NCBI GenBank assembly: GCA_963805855.1
Contig: CAWDVW010000005.1
Location: 1-64,000, forward strand
Reading direction: 5' to 3'
DNA length: 64,000 nucleotides
Source of the DNA: Candidatus Dadabacteria bacterium
GTDB taxonomy: Bacteria > Desulfobacterota_D > UBA1144 > Nemesobacterales > CSP1-2
In this document: in pieces, positions 62,936 to 64,000 of the stretch
Layout of the letters: each line of letters opens with the position of its first letter
Numbering within the stretch: the stretch's first letter is position 1
Translations under genes and position numbers: made by a program
The notes under the pieces: generated by a model
What the model saw: the letters and a program-made list of their open reading frames with translations, nothing else
Database searches by the model: none
Told to the model about the DNA's origin: nothing

Positions 62936-63895
62936 ATGAAATGCTCGAGCAAGACAGGGCGATCAATCGCATTTATTTTTGTTCTATCCGTCGCAGTACT
63001 GATGATGGTAGGCTTTTCGACTAAATTTGCGAAAGCTGATCCTTGCGTCCTACCAGACTTTGAGCCCGGTGATTTTGGTGCTCCACTGGACATAAACAAT
63101 GATTTTTTTACCCTTACGCCCGGAACAGCGTTTTGCTACCGGTCCGACTCAGAAGACGTCGAAAGAAATGAGGTTACAGTTACTCACTGCGATCCTCTAG
63201 AAATCGGGGGTATAAATACTATAGTCGTTAGGGACGTTGTAAGAGTACTTAATGATGAAGACCAATGGATTGTTGCAGAAGATACGTTCGATTTTTACGC
63301 GCAGGATAATGATGACAACGTATGGTACCTCGGGGAGGCTACAAAGACTTGTGACGGCGGCGGCGATACAGAGGGTACCTGGAATGCATACCCTGAAGGC
63401 GACTGCAACCCGCTCAACGCAGACCACTGCCCAACCGCAGGCGCAGACGGCGACGGTTATTGTCCTTGCGGGGGGGATCCCGGGATAGTCATGCTTGCCG
63501 ATCCAATGAACGGCAACTGTTATCAGCAGGAATTTCTAGAGGACCATGCTGAGGATATCGCCAAAGTCCTGAGGCTCAATGCGACAGTCTCGGTTCCGTG
63601 GGAAGCTGGCAGTTGCGATCAGGAATGCCTTAAAACCAAGGAGTGGACACCGCTTTCACCAGGTGACGTCGAGCACAAATTTTATTCAAAGAACTTACTA
63701 GATACTGACATGGGGAATAATGTGCTAACTGAAGAACTGCATGGGGGGAAAACGGTCCGGGTTGAGCTGGTCGATGTAAAAACAGGTCTAGATGATGACG
63801 CCCCCCATAACGGTTACTGTCCATCTGATTTCAAGGATGCGCTCGACGCGCTTTGCAGTGAAGGTACCCCGACGACGGGTTGCGTGTTCCCTTAA
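62936..63895 (+). CDS. Secreted Cys-rich hypothetical protein
   Basis: SD GGAGGT before ATG 62936, signal peptide ending AKA, core EDTFDFYAQDNDDNVWYLGE...PGIVM...EWTPLSP..VEHKFY, 14 Cys after the signal. Confidence 0.75.
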   Translation: MKCSSKTGRSIAFIFVLSVAVLMMVGFSTKFAKADPCVLPDFEPGDFGAPLDINNDFFTLTPGTAFCYRSDSEDVERNEVTVTHCDPLEIGGINTIVVRDVVRVLNDEDQWIVAEDTFDFYAQDNDDNVWYLGEATKTCDGGGDTEGTWNAYPEGDCNPLNADHCPTAGADGDGYCPCGGDPGIVMLADPMNGNCYQQEFLEDHAEDIAKVLRLNATVSVPWEAGSCDQECLKTKEWTPLSPGDVEHKFYSKNLLDTDMGNNVLTEELHGGKTVRVELVDVKTGLDDDAPHNGYCPSDFKDALDALCSEGTPTTGCVFP

Positions 63896-64000
63896 GCCGA
63901 TTATTTGCCAAGAACGTCGGGAAAGAAGGCAACAGTAAGCTCAGCAAAAAAGCAACCAGGAGAGTTGATTGGTTATTTGGTCCTGGAAGTAGTAGCGATC

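Overview
A 64-kb, mostly housekeeping stretch of a bacterial chromosome. Gene content and motif style suggest a deltaproteobacteria-like lineage (Desulfobacterota, possibly Dadabacteria), but this is inference only. Core genes are guaA/guaB, amtB, mltG, proB, gyrA, rnr, a ferredoxin-type sulfite/nitrite reductase, a JAB-DinG helicase, a two-subunit B12 acyl-CoA mutase with isobutyryl-CoA mutase signature residues, pilMNOPQ followed by two unusual lipoprotein genes, a PAS/GAF-GGDEF-EAL protein, an OmpR-family two-component system, tRNA-Gly(GCC) and tRNA-Ser(CGA). The best candidate for a new system is at 16123-18230. A MoxR/RavA-type AAA+ ORF ends just after an A10 run, and the -1 frame runs from that run through an acidic linker with no start codon into a VWA domain. 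This is the layout of a frameshift- or slippage-recoded gene yielding both AAA+ and AAA+-VWA products, as known for frameshifted chlD, but here in a non-chelatase family. The caveat is that other indels occur in the window: three in a SNF2 helicase, one in an aminopeptidase and one in a metzincin. Also notable are a consensus sigma54 promoter driving an alternative sigma70 gene, an NtrC/sigma54 amtB promoter, a probably dead KDPG-aldolase paralogue, an unlisted 59-aa membrane protein, several REP-like repeat families and structured intergenic DNA at about 2580-3100.
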